Assembly (NCBI GenBank): GCA_030264375.1
Contig: JASCQW010000001.1
Span: 71,330,264-71,394,225, forward strand
Length of the DNA stretch: 63,962 bases
Direction: 5' to 3'
Source of the DNA: Carcharhinus longimanus
Taxonomy: Eukaryota
Numbering within the stretch: position 1 is the first letter of the stretch; each line of letters opens with the position of its first letter. This document shows positions 24,620 to 37,489 of this stretch, piece after piece. The notes below the pieces were generated by a model, which was given only the letters and a program-made list of their open reading frames with translations, did not search any database and was not told the origin of the DNA. The translations under genes were made by a program, and so were the position numbers.

Positions 24620-25170
24620 TCAAAGTATTGCACCAAAGCATTACAACCAAAATTTGGCATCAAATCACATAAGGCAAATGACAAAAGCTTGGTCAAAAGG
24701 GGTAGGTTTTAAGGAGTGTATAACAGGAAGGAGGTGCAGATAAATTTAAGGAAGTCCAGAGCTTGATACACTGCTACTGAAGGAACATCCAGGAGTGGTG
24801 GAATAATTAATATCAGGGATCTACAAGAGGTTTTGAATTGGAGGAGTGTCTGGAAAGATTGGGGAGCTGAAGAAAGATAAGAACTAAGAGCAAGAGTAGA
24901 TAATTCAATATGATCATGGGTGATCTCATCTCGACCTCATCTCCACCTTCCTGCCAGTTCCTCATAATCCTTCATCCTGCTAATAATTATGATAGGGAGG
25001 GCAAGGCCATGGCGGGATTTTAAAACAGGGATGAGAATTTTAACATTGAGGCATTGCTTAGTTAAGGATCAGTGTAAACAAACACAGAAGAATTAAGTGA
25101 ATGGGACTTGCTGTGAATTAGGGTACGACAACAGAGTTTTGGGTGACCTCAAGTTCATGGAGACTGGAAA
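24620..25170 (-). mobile_element. Decayed L2 LINE 3' region with an inserted CR1 tail (about 24875-24985)
   Basis: AAAGCTTGGTCAAAAG...GGTTTTAAGGAGTG and GAATTTTAACATTGAGGC are shared with 62720-63380. Confidence 0.6.
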
Positions 25171-27407
25171 AGAAGTTTGAACAAAGAATTACCATTCAGT
25201 ACATTTAGTTTGATCTGCTCCAGTCTATGAATTTGACTACATACATAATGAAGCTATTGCTCAGTGGGCTAAAGGAACAACAAATACTCCTGTTGATTTG
25301 TAAATAGGTGAGGGACAGAGATTGCCTGCTCATTCCTTTTGGTGCCACCCTGACTCAAATAGGAATGCATTTCAGCGTGCTTGAAAGTTCTTGCCCTTCT
25401 GTCTTTCTCTTGTCAGATTATGGTATTTAGTCATCAGCAAGCTACTGTGATTTGAGATTGGGGTAGATAAAGAGCACATAGGTATTTGCTTCTGTAAATA
25501 TAGTTTTGTAAAACAAGTATACTACATAGTGTAATCTCAACTACCATCTAGCTCCGGTATATACAGATTCTAAGATCAAAGCTCTATCTCAATTTAAGGT
25601 CCCCATTACTTGTTACACAATGTAAACATCAATAAAGGATGATTTTGAGAAAAAGAATGTGTAACTCATTGCAGTTCTGTTTGCTGGACATGACATTATT
25701 CAAAAGCCTTGTCTTCCTCGTGCATTTACAACTTTATTGGAGAAATGCTTTCACACATTGTGCTTCTCAAAATCCTGCAATTAGCAACTTGCATTATTCC
25801 TGGAATAAAAATAAAACCCTAACTTTTTGAAGAATAAATAGACAAGATTGTCAAAAATAGTCTATAATTATATGAATAGTGACCATCTTAAAAAGACAAT
25901 TAAATCAATAGCACGTGGATGCTTGACAAATTCATATGATGCTTTCTGTCCACTATTTTAACAGAAGAATTCATTCATTCACTTTAATAAGAATGTCATG
26001 CAAATGCAAGAAGCATTTATCTGATCCTTGTCAATTACTATTTATAGTCTGGAACAATATTTGTAAAGAATTTTTTCTGATCAATCTTCCTGTCACTTCT
26101 CCATTCCTGAATGCATCGATTGATATTTTACTGTTTTTGGTTCCAAAGGTACAGATTGACTTCCACTCACTTGTTGGAAGTGGCCATTACACATGTATGA
26201 GCCTTGGCAGGGTGCGACATGCACATAAAACTATCAGACCTGGGTCAATTTAGTCTGTAGCATCAGCCTCAGTCACTTGTCATTAAATTAGTAATCACTA
26301 GAAGTTAGCAAGATAGTTGATGATATTAAACCATTTTCAAACTGAAGCCAAATATATATTTTTAAATTCGAAGTCACTTAATGCCAGTAAGTCACAATAC
26401 AACTTATAGAATCATTGGTGCTTGATGTTTGAGAATGGTAATTAGACACAGTGTTAAATTACAGAGTGCTGGGTCAGATCTGAAACTCTCCAGGTTAGCT
26501 TTGCAGTGTCATCTGTAACAGGCGACAGGGGAGGACCCTAGGGCATGAACTGTGGAGATTTAATGGCCATGTGTCGCCATCTCATTAGTCACAGTTGGGA
26601 GATACAGAAGTCCTGAGACAAGTGCTACAATAGTCAAAATTGGATAAGGCTTTGAGATACGTTCGTAATTACCATTCAGGGAATTATAAAACAAGGTAGC
26701 TGTTAGAAGGGCCTTGGGTCATTTGTGAAACTGCATCCAGTACTTTGTTCCCTTACTGGCATTCATTAGTGCTGGGGAATGAGAAATGTTTTCTGTCTGT
26801 AGTGGGGGAAACGACAGTGGCTCATGTCAAATACAATCTTAAAATGTTGACTTGCTGTGACAAACAGCATCAACTTTCAGAAACACAACCCCATTTACTA
26901 GATTCAGGCCCAATCAGAAATTCCATGGAAAAGAGAATGTTACAAGTACACACTGTTGCTCAGGATCTGTGATGTATATTGACAATTTTATATAGGGCCA
27001 TTTCATCATTTTATTAGATGTTGCCTTTATCTCTGTCGGTCCCTCTGGACAGGAGTTTTCTCTGCTGTAACTTTGTTGTGAAATAAATACATTTTCCACA
27101 GAAGTTATAGTGACAAATCAAGGGCATTCTCAGTTTGGGCATCCCAAAATACTATCTAAAATAAGGTTCCGTGATGAGAAGTATAAAATGTTCATTCTAT
27201 TTTGTTTATTCAGCAAAAGGAACTACTAAGTTAGGTTTCATTTGTTTGTCTAACAATGATGCTGTATATTAATATTTAATAGTAGCATATTACTCAAGGG
27301 GCCGAATGGTCTACTTCTCCTATTTCCTACATTTGTATGTCTATTTGCATCAAAATGTATCTCTGCACTTGAGTATTCTCTCCCTCACAGCTCATATTTT
27401 CTTTCAG

Positions 27408-28828
27408 AGTGAAGATTCAGATGAAGATGAGCCTTGTGCTATCAGTGGGAGGTGGACCTTCCAGAGGGACAGCAAACGATGGTCACGGTTGGAGGAATTT
27501 GATGTTTTCTCACCAACCGAAGTTACAAATGGCATTTCTGCTGAGGAAGCTTTGCTGAGGAATGCCGTGAGTAACGAGAGCGTACTGACTGATCTCAGTG
27601 AACGGCAGGAAGTGGCATCCATTCACAGTGCTAGCAGCACAGAAAGCAATGGAGCAAACTTACAAAAGAACACAGAGAGCAAAAGGACAAATTCTGAGAT
27701 CAGTGTGATCTCCTCGGGGACCTCTGTTACCCATATTGAGTCATTCGGTACTCCCCCTTCACCAAAGAGCCTCTCTGGTCTCACATTCAATGTGAAAACT
27801 GAAAGGAACACAAAATCCAAGGCCAAGAGCTTCTTGAAGAGAATGGAGAGCCTACGCATCAAAAGCTCTCACAGCAAGAAGAAACTTCCTTCAAAAAACA
27901 ACTTGGTCATCAGTGGACCTGTACTGCAAGAAGGCATTGATGAGGAAAAATTGAAACGCCTGAACTGCATTGAAATAACTGCACTCAATGGCAACCACAT
28001 GAATGTTTCCACAGTACGAAACCAAAGTGTTTCTTATTCTACGCAAACAAGCAGCAGCAGCAGTCAGTCGGAGACGAGCAGCGCAGTCAGCACACCCAGT
28101 CCCGTCACAAGAACACGCAGCCACAGCACTTGCAATAAGCGAAGTGGAATGTATTTGGAAGGCTTTGACCCTTTCAGTCAGTCAATGCTGAATGACACCA
28201 GAGAGCGGAATTTAAAGAATGAGAAGGGTATAGAAGAGGACATCATCTTCTATATACCAGAGGATCACAAGCCAGGCACCTTTCCTAAAGCACTTTCTAA
28301 TGGCAACTCTTCCCCCCCAGACGGCACTTCTGTAAGCTGGAGAAATGGAAGTTTTCATGGACATAGACACCATAGCCTTACCAGGGAGAGCAGTGCTGAC
28401 AGCTCAAAGGAATCTAGCTTTAGACGGAGACGAAACTCATGCAGTTCTTCAGGCAGCCGCCTTAGTATCTATGACAACGTGCCAGGGTCCCACCTTTACT
28501 CCAGCACTGGTGATCTGGCAGATCTTGGGAATGAGGAGGACATTTTCCCAGAACTAGATGACATTCTGCACCATGTCAATGGACTACAAAGGATGGTGAA
28601 CCAATGGTCGGAAAAACTCTCTGATGAGGGGGACTCAGATTCAGCAATGGACTCTATTTCCCCTTGCCCATCTTCGCCCAAACAAATACATCTGGATATT
28701 GAAAATGGCAGGGCCTCACCTAGCGATGTTGACAGCACTGGGAACTCGATCACTGAAACAGAGGATCATTCAGTAATCCGAGAAAGGAGGGACTCGGGTG
28801 TTGGTGCATCACTAACAAGATCTAACAG
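27408..28828 (+). CDS. DLC1: DLC1 exon 5 (large serine-rich linker / focal-adhesion targeting region)
   Basis: Core of ORF 27306..29030, from ctttcag|SEDSDEDEPCAISGRW to RRDSGVGASLTRSNR|gtcagt. Contains SSSSSQSETSSAVSTPSPVTRTRS, EDHKPGTFPKAL, SIYDNV and the LD-like motif LDDILHHV; 1421 nt. Confidence 0.97.
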
Positions 28829-29454
28829 GTCAGTAAAATCATGTGTACTTGCAGTTTCTCAGATAGTAAGCTATACTGTACCTTTGGCTCAAGCATGGAT
28901 AACTGACAGCTTTCCTTTGGGTAAAAAAATCAAAAATAATCCTGTTTCTCATATGCTAGTTCTCAGGTTATGTCCAGGTACCACAACACTAAAAAAATCA
29001 ACATTACACTATGCAAATTCTTTAATTTGATGAATTCTAAATAGTTTTTTCACAGTAAGTATTCGTAGAATGAACTTAAAAGCTTGAAAATTATCTTTGC
29101 AATTGATATTTTTAGAGGCATTCTGTCTGCCACATCTGTTGCACCCACTCTCAGATCCATTTCCTTGGGCCAGATGGAACTCTTGCTTCCAATCTATCCC
29201 ACCAGTGATGCTGAAGAATATTAAACGAAGATCGTTCCACCCACTCTTGAGCTTCATGTTCCTCCCAGCGCTCACATCATCTCATGTACTTCTGCAAGTC
29301 AATCCTGCTTATAAATGAACGTTCATTCTGTATCGCTCCTTACCATTTATGGCCTCCTCTTGTGTTTCTCCTTCCTTTGCCCCTGTGATTTATTGCCTGA
29401 TCCCTATGACCTTACACTGCCAACTTTCTTCTTAGTTCATGCTTGGTATTGCTG

Positions 29455-29800
29455 GCAATTCTGGCATTTATTGCCCATCCCTGGTTGCCATGAAAACTTT
29501 CTAACAGTTTGATGCAACTGAGAAACTTGTTAAGACACTATAGAGGGCAGATAAGAATTGGCCAAATTCTTGTGGGACCAATGCAACACATAAACCTGAT
29601 TAGGAATGGCAGGCTTCTTCCCTAAGGATCATTAGTAAATCATTTAGGTTTCAAGGAACAATCAGTAACTTCATGATCACTTTTTAATTGATATTTCCAG
29701 TTGATTATAAAGAAATCCAAATTTTCAAACTGTGATTGTGGGTTTTGCAACAAAATTCTCTAGATTATTATTGACATAATCACAACATCACATTTACATT
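29455..29800 (-). mobile_element. tRNA-derived SINE (230-520 family), decayed
   Basis: GCATTTATTGCCCATCCCT...GGCAGGCTTCTTCCCTAAGGATCATTAGTAAA. Confidence 0.55.
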
Positions 29801-29989
29801 GTATGCCAAGTCAGGCTTTAGCCATGTGTACTTTAACTCCAACAAGAAAATGTTCTGTCATTATTGAAATTGGGCAGACACATGAAGGGAGGGGTGGGAG
29901 AATTTTCCCGTCCCACCACCATGGGAGTCGGAGCAGGTGGGACACATACCATGCAAAGGATGGTTGATTTTGGGCAGGATTTTCCAGCC

Positions 29990-30280
29990 TTAGAATTGTA
30001 GAATTCGTACAGTGCAGAAGGAGGCCATTTGGCCCATTGAGCCTGCACTGTCAACAACCCCACCTAGGTCTAATCCCTATAGCCCCTCCATATTTACCCT
30101 ACTGATTCCCCTGACACTAAGGGACAATTTAGCATGGACTGTGGGATGAAACTGGGGCACCTAGCGGAAACCCATGCAAGCACAGCAAGAATACGCAAAC
30201 TGCATAGGCAATGACCCAAGGCCAGGATTAAACCTGGGCACCTGGCACTGTGAGACAGCAGTGCTAACCACTGTGTCACC
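29990..30280 (-). mobile_element. HE1/V-SINE-like SINE with CR1-type tail, apparently inserted in a MITE-like repeat
   Basis: Reverse-complement SINE, flanked by GGGTGGGAGAATTTTCC (about 29891) and GGAAAATCCCACCC (about 30305-30319). Confidence 0.8.
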
Positions 30281-30707
30281 CCACTCCTTGGTGCGCACGT
30301 AGCCGGAAAATCCCACCCCTGGAATCATATCATAGAATCCCTACACATTAAAAGGGGGCAGATTGACTGTGGCAGAGTGATGAGTCTTCAGCAGAGGAAT
30401 AACCAGTAAATAAGATATGGGGAACTGTGGTGGTCTACAAGTATACAACACAACAGAAGGAGATCGAGGTGCTGTTGGTGGATACCTTATTCAAAAGCTC
30501 ATGGTGTAAAGGAGCTGAACAAGACCAAAAGAGAAACAAGTTTGATTTTAACTTCACAGATAGTGATGGATATTTGAAAAAAATCGATGGAAGCAGTAAT
30601 ACCATCCACATTCGAAAGAGAGCTGAATGGTTTTATTTGAAAATCAGCAATAGACTAAGAAAATCCCACTGGCAAGAAGGGCTGGAAAATTCTAAACCAT
30701 TGTGTAT

Positions 30708-31344
30708 TCATAGAATCCCTGCACTGCAGAAGGAGGCCATTTGGCCCATCGAGTCAGCACCAACTCTTATCCATTCATACTCTGTAACCCCAAGTATTTA
30801 GCCCACTAATCCCCCTAACCTATTCATCTTTAGAAAGTAAGAGGCAATTTACCATGGCCAATCCACCTAACTTGCACATCTTTGGACTGTGGGAGGAAAC
30901 CCACACAGACACAGGGAGACCGTGCAGACTCCAACACAGACAGTCACCCAAAGCCAGAATCAAACGTGTATAAGATGTTGAGAGGTATTGATTGGGTGGA
31001 TTCTCAGAGACTTTTTCCCAGGGCTGAAATCGTTGCTACGAGAGGACACAGGTTTAAGGTGATTGGGCGTAGGTACAGAGGAGATGTCAGGGATAAGTTT
31101 TTCTCTCAGAGGGTGGAGGCTGAGTGGAATCGGCTGCCGTCAGTGGTGGTGGAGGCAAATACGATAGTGTCTTTTAAGAGACTTCTGGATGAGTACATGG
31201 GAACTTAACAGGATTGAGGGTTATAGGTAAGCCTAGTAGGTGGGGATATGATCAGTGCAACTTGTGGGCCAAAGAGCCTATTTGTGCTGTAGTTTTTCTA
31301 TGTTCTATCCTTGGCACTGTGAGTCAGCAGTGCTAACCACTGTA
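30708..31344 (-). mobile_element. HE1/V-SINE-like SINE interrupted by a CR1 fragment
   Basis: SINE tail and core at 30708-30964; the head resumes at about 31308 (CCTTGGCACTGTGAGTCAGCAGTGCTAACCACTGT). Confidence 0.82.
30965..31307 (+). mobile_element. CR1 LINE 3' fragment (ORF2 C-terminus plus 3' UTR)
   Basis: VYKMLRGIDWVDSQRLFPRAE...TRGHRFKV...FFSQRVEAEWNRLP...FKRLLDEYM, with a TTCTATG repeat tail. Confidence 0.9.
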
Positions 31345-31852
31345 CTAGTTGTAATATTAGTGCATTTAACTTTCAAACTAGCTAAATAATCCTTTCTTAT
31401 GAAAATTGTACAATTCAATGCATGGATGCTTAAAATATTTCACTATAAACTAAAAATTCTGAGTCCAGAATTCACTATGGGCTGAAATGATTAAATAATA
31501 GCAGATACTTTTAAAACCATTAAAAAAAAAGCCAAATTACGTAGTATGGGTTTAGTCTAAAAGTACTGCCACTTATGAAATCTTCTGTTACTATCTACTT
31601 TGCTTCTTGCAAATGCCTAGGACAATTTGAACAGATTTGAACAGCAGTTTTAATATATTAAATAATATTTTAAAGCAATATAAGATTGCACGGTTGAAGC
31701 CAGCAATACTACATTAGCTTCAAGTTACAAGCATTATGTCAGTAATTCTCTTAACCCTGCTTGACTAATTATGTAAGTTGCACTTGCATTCAAGATTATT
31801 ACCCAAAGGTAATCCAACTATTGATGATTATTATTGTTGTTTAATTAAATAG

Positions 31853-32032
31853 GCGACAGCGATTACGATGGGGCAGTTTCCAGATCTCTCATCGGCCAAG
31901 TTTAAATTCGGCCTCACTGCAAATCAACAGCCAATCTGTGGCACAGATGAACCTGCTGCAGAAATTCTCTTTGCTTAAACTTACTGCCTTAATGGAGAAA
32001 TACTCACCTTCTAACAAGCATGGATTTAACTG
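31853..32032 (+). CDS. DLC1: DLC1 exon 6
   Basis: aaatag|RQRLRWGSFQISHRPSLNSASLQINSQSVAQMNLLQKFSLLKLTALMEKYSPSNKHGFNW|gtaggt; 180 nt, phase 2-2. Not in the supplied ORF track. Confidence 0.96.
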
Positions 32033-32109
32033 GTAGGTACTGAAAATGAAACGAAAATAAATGAATGATGTGTATGGACCTCTAGGTGATAATCTATTTG
32101 ATAGTTATT

Positions 32110-32290
32110 AAGAAAATAAGAACTAGGAGCAGGAGTAAGCCATCTGGCCCCTCGAGCCTGCTCCACCTTTCAATAAGATCATGGCTGATCTTTTAGCGGA
32201 CTCAGTTCCACTTATCCGTCCATTCACCATAACCCTTAATTCCTTTATTGTTCAAAAATGTATTTATCCTTGCCTTACAAACATTCAATG
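32110..32290 (-). mobile_element. CR1 LINE 3' fragment
   Basis: AAGAACTAGGAGCAGGAGTAAGCCATCTGGCCCCTCGAGCCTGCTCC, near-identical to the start of 52350-52830. Confidence 0.85.
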
Positions 32291-34591
32291 AGATTGAATG
32301 AATGAGATTAAATTAATCTCAATGAATGAGATTAAGTTGTGTTTAATGCGGGCTGGAGTTAAAGATCTTTTGTTTTAACACAGAAAACTGTTGGGAATTG
32401 GAACGATCTTGCACCAGATCATTTCATTTTGCCATGGAAGGATTGTTCAATGTGGCCTATCAGATTGTTAATCAGCCTGAGAATTCTTTCAATACTCCAC
32501 ATAATTCGGCAAACGGAAAGAGTTTAAATATGCGAAAATAAACAATTAATGGATTCACACAATGTTAAGCTGTAAAATCAATGCTCCTTCCATTCAGTTC
32601 AGAGGCACAACAGTGTATAAACACAACAGGGGGTCCTTTATTTTTGGATCAGGGCACTCTTTTAAAAAGGTGTCTTGATTGCAGTGGAGCCAGCCTTGCT
32701 GGCTCCATCAGGCCCTGCCCCACCATAGTGATGTGCAAATCACGCACCCCTGCTCTTGACGAAGTTTCAGAAGATCTGGAGTGAAATCCTGACTGTGTTT
32801 CTGGGGACAAACATGCCGGTTTTTCAGTCAGAACTTGACACTGTGCCATTTTTCTTGATAATTCCTCCGCTGAGACATGCTGCCCTTAATTTCACTTCCT
32901 TGCTGTGACCCCGCCCAGTGCTGTACATGACCCCTTTAGGAATAGGTATTTCCATCAATTTTTCTGCAGTGAATTACTTGGCCAGCTCTCCACGAACCAT
33001 ATCAAAAATGGTAACCTTATTTCCAATTCCTTTAGAAATGATGGTGTATATTTTTCACAATGTTCCACAATACTCTCATTGTCTAGCCTATTCCAAGAAA
33101 TGTTCATGACTACAAGAATGGTTCCATCCTTCCTCCTTCTCTAACAGTAGCACTTTGTATATCTAATAGAAAGATGCCCAGTGTGCTACTTTTTTAGTCC
33201 GCACATGTGATTCAGTGTTTCAAGTTGAGCACAGCAATACATCTTCAGTTCATCGGGTATTTTTTGTACATTAAAGAAGTATGTGAAGTGCACAGATTGT
33301 AGATGTTTGGTTCTTCTCACTGGTGATGCTTGTCAAACTGTGTTTCCCACTAACAGCGCCTGAACTTTCACATCAATTTCATACTGTTGTAAATGATAGT
33401 GCACATTCTAGCTGCCTTGAGGCTTAATGGAATGGAGTTCTGGTTACACAAACCCCACATTGTCAGCTTAGCTGTTCAATCCAGGCCTACAAGAAGTGGC
33501 ATCATTTAGTGAGGTGGAACACTAGGTTTCATTTTGCCTGGGATACAAATCAACCAGAGATCACTTTTGTTTTGTTGTTTTGCCCAGAGCTCAATGTTCT
33601 CATTGACAGTGGAACATGTCAGTAGTGTGGCCAACAGGCCCTGGTGCTTGTTTGATGTTTCAGATTTAGAAAAAAATCAGTATCAGATTGGATTACTGAC
33701 AATTAGAAAATCAAAGCGGATATTGGTACTTCATAGAAGATGCCAAAGAGAATCTGATCCTGGCAATCGTATAATGAAAGGAAGGCATGTCAGGTCATTT
33801 CAAATAGTAAATGAAAAATTCCAATTAACTCTTAGTCTGCTGATAAATTCAGGGAAATTCTTGAAGCCCTGGGTTTAATTTAATGTTTATTTATAGTTTG
33901 TGTTCTAAGATGATGAACTAAATATTGATATACAGTAATAAAGTTACTCAACAGCAACTCTGCATTATTCACTCTAAACCATGTAGCCAGGTAGATTTTA
34001 ACTATTGATAGGACAAGCAAGCAATGTGCATTAACCCTGTTATACATCCTGACCAATTTCCAGTGCTACTGTCCATTCTTCACTTCCACTGGCAGCTAAA
34101 TTCTGCAACTTTACATCAAATAGAGACCATTAATATGACGTATCTGTGCTCAGCCTCAGCCTGTTCTTTTTGTCATTCCCTCTCTCAACCTGTTACCAAA
34201 TTGTTCTTGACACGGCTGTAACTTGAAAATGAGAATGTCTTGCTGTTGATAAGTAAGCTTGTTGCCTGTTATCCCCTCATCCTGGTAGTACCCAAACTAA
34301 ATGTAGCTTATCAATAAGGACCACACTGGCTGACAGTACTCATAATTCTTGAGTGAGGGCAGTCCCAGGATTGATTGTGGTAGGTACCAGCAGTCTGTGC
34401 CAAGGCTCTCTGATGAATAATGTTCATGGTGCAATTTCAGGGTGTACCTAGTACTTGCAAAATCATGTTTAGTAAGGAGTCAACTTCTAAAATCAAGGCT
34501 AAACTATATGCTGATACTTCCACTGTGGTGAAGAATCTTGTCTTCACTGAACCTTCCAGATGGCAGCATAGTTTCAATACAAAATTCATAG

Positions 34592-34820
34592 TTAGAACAT
34601 AGAACATAGAAAAACTACAGCACAAACAGACCCTTCGGCCCACAAGTTGCACCAAACATGTCCCTACTCACTAGGCTTACCTATAACCCTCAATCTTACT
34701 AAGTCCCATGTACTGATCCAGAAATCTCTTGAAAAACCCTATCGAATCCGCCTCCACCACCACTGCCAGCAGCCGATTCCACAGACCCTCTGAGTGAAAA
34801 ACTTACCACTGACATCTCCA
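34592..34820 (-). mobile_element. CR1 LINE 3' fragment, same subfamily as 30965-31307
   Basis: (AGAACAT)n tail; CTAGGCTTACCTATAACCCTCAATC is the reverse complement of about 31212-31236. Confidence 0.85.
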
Positions 34821-35076
34821 GTTCTGCCCCATTTCATTAAGCTGGCAATGTCATAATCTAATGGTCAAACATCATTTACCCCCCCTCCCCCCCGCCCCGA
34901 CATTTCTTCCTTCCTCCTCTGAGGGTCTTCTAGCATTGCCCCAGGAGATCCTGTGAACTTAGTATCAGCAGGTTGTTGCTTGTATAAATACAACTCTATT
35001 CAATCAGTCAAGCTCCATTGTAAGTGTGCGTGAGATGCATTCATATTCAATCTGATCCCTGTTCACTCTTTTCCAG

Positions 35077-35236
35077 GGCTGTGCCCAAGTTTATGAAGAG
35101 GATCAAGGTTCCAGACTACAAGGATCGGAACGTTTTTGGTGTTCCTCTGCTTGTGAATGTCCAGCGCTCAGGGCACCCTCTTCCTCAGAGTATTCAGCAG
35201 GCCATGCGCTACCTCCGCAACCAGTGTCTGGACCAG
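35077..35236 (+). CDS. DLC1: DLC1 exon 7 (RhoGAP start)
   Basis: ttccag|AVPKFMKRIKVPDYKDRNVFGVPLLVNVQRSGHPLPQSIQQAMRYLRNQCLDQ|gtcagt; 160 nt. Confidence 0.97.
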
Positions 35237-35363
35237 GTCAGTGCTTTACTGTAGAGATTGTGAAAAAGGAACACAATGGCACTTCATCATGATTCTGATG
35301 TTACTGTTGACCATTCTTTACGAATTTGTTTTAAAGTAACATTTTAATATTTTTAATAAACAG

Positions 35364-35562
35364 GTTGGGTTATTCCGAAAGTCTGGAGTTAAGTCTCGAA
35401 TTCAAGCCTTACGGCAGATGAATGAAACTTGTGCAGAAAGCGTGAACTATGAAGGCCAGTCTGCATATGATGTAGCAGACATGCTTAAGCAATATTTCAG
35501 AGATCTGCCTGAGCCACTGATGACCAGTAAACTCTCAGAAACATTTCTACAAATCTATCAGT
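35364..35562 (+). CDS. DLC1: DLC1 exon 8 (RhoGAP, arginine finger GLFRKSG)
   Basis: aacag|VGLFRKSGVKSRIQALRQMNE...DVADMLKQYFRDLPEPLMTSKLSETFLQIYQ|gtaagt; 199 nt; catalytic Arg intact. Confidence 0.97.
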
Positions 35563-37489
35563 GTAAGTAATTGCAGAAGTTTCCAGATCTTAATACACTG
35601 GATTGTCTTTAGTTTTTGACTAGCGGCTTAAAGGAAATTTTAAACCAGGAGATATTAACATTACAGGAGCTCTGAAAACCCAAGAATGTTGCTTGTCCTT
35701 TACAAGGCCTTCAACATGAGGCCTGGGGGCAAGGTCATAGTTCAACAGCATGCACATTCTTTAGTACACGATGTATGTCCCCCCGCCTCTACCTGAGAGC
35801 CTGGACTTCTGAAGAGTAATTTGTTTGTGGTTTTGGATAATGGTTTTATGGCATTTCCCCTTGTAGAAAGAGGATCCTGTGAGTAACTGGCAGATGTCTC
35901 AATCTGGGGAATTCAAATCACCTTCTTTACGTTCTGGGATTCTTCGGTGGGATTTACGGGTATCCTTGACAGGGACATCTATATATAACTCTAGCCAGCC
36001 AAAGGTATTTAAATCATAGGATCTCCCACTGAGCTTGCAAACTTTGCCAGGGTCCAGTTGAAATCTGGGGCCGCTCTGTTAGGATTTGGTGTTTTCTTTG
36101 CAGAAGTGGAGAGACTGTGTTTCATTTTTGACACAATCATTTCCTGAGCAAGTAGTGAAATGATACATTTGAACGCAATTTATTTTCTCTTGCTTTGCAC
36201 TTGTAAGCTGGCAGTTAACATTTATTCTGGTATTCCTGAAATTCATAAAAGTTACCACATCATAATTTGACAAGTTTTCTCTGAGAAGTGTGGGAATATG
36301 ACCACTTTCTAAGATGTTCAGGGCGGCGTGATTTCATAAGCAATTCATAGTTGGAAAGATCTTAAGAAGTCATTGTTTAAATGTCCCCATGCTTTCATTT
36401 CCTCTTCCTATGTAAATATTCTGAGGGTGTTCCATTTTGAACTGGTGCATACTTTGGAAATGAAAATGTGTATTTTGAGGAATCTTAACATTTTGTGATA
36501 ATATATGTTTTGATGGTAAAGTACTACTCCCAGTATCAGGATACCATTAAAGTGTTCTGCCTGAAGTAGTGGGCATGTATTTTCAACTCAACTCCTAGCA
36601 CAAGGAAAATAAAACAATCCTACATGTCCCATCAATCATTAGGAGCTTCAACACGCTTGGCCTTCTAACAAAAACATAAACTAATCGTGCATTGAAGAAC
36701 TAAGAAGGAAGTTCTTTCATTCTGTTTGGGATAAACTAATATGAGTTGAATTTGAGTTGAGTTTATTATGTGCTCTGTGTTAAAAGGGTATCGTAGCTTC
36801 CCAACAGTGAAAAAAAGGCATGAAAAATTAGCTAAATTATATCAAATGATAGAAATACTTTTTTAAAATTTTCTGCTCTAATGTTCCCTTCTCCCCTCCT
36901 GAAGTCAAAAGCAGGAAAGTGACTGACTTTTTTTTACTCCAACGTCTTCTGAATTGCCTGTACTATACTGTTGGTCTGACTGAGATCAGCTCATTTTGAA
37001 GGCCCGGAAATCAATATGTTTTTCTACCTAAACATCTATATTTTGCAAGATTTTTTTCTTTGGCTGTGATTAAAATGCAATATATATTCAAGTTGTTATT
37101 GCTAAAACAGAGACTTCCTAGTTGCTATGGTTCAGTCCCAAACTGGGCACTGTATTTACCAACTTAAACTGAATGTGGCTTGGCTGCAGCTTAACGAGAA
37201 TGCATCGGTTCCCATTTTCATCACTTTCACCAGGCTTCCTTTTGGAATCTGTCAGTAACATGACTTAAGTCAGTAGCTTTGGACACCTTTGCACTCAAGC
37301 CTAGTAGTAAATGTGCACTGTGCAGCTGTCATTGCATCTCAGTGTTGGTTCATTTGCACATGGAGCCCTTGGAGATATTCCAAGCAGGGACTTTATAAAA
37401 TGCAAGTTTTCTTTCTCTAACCATTGAAGCACCTTCAACTTTTTCTCCTTCAAGTCTGAAAAATAAATGAAAATTATTTTGTGCTGCAG

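Noticed and set aside
27306-29030. 574-aa ORF as a stand-alone gene
   Set aside because: It is DLC1 exon 5 (27408-28828) plus intronic read-through on both sides. The splice sites and phases fit the multi-exon model.
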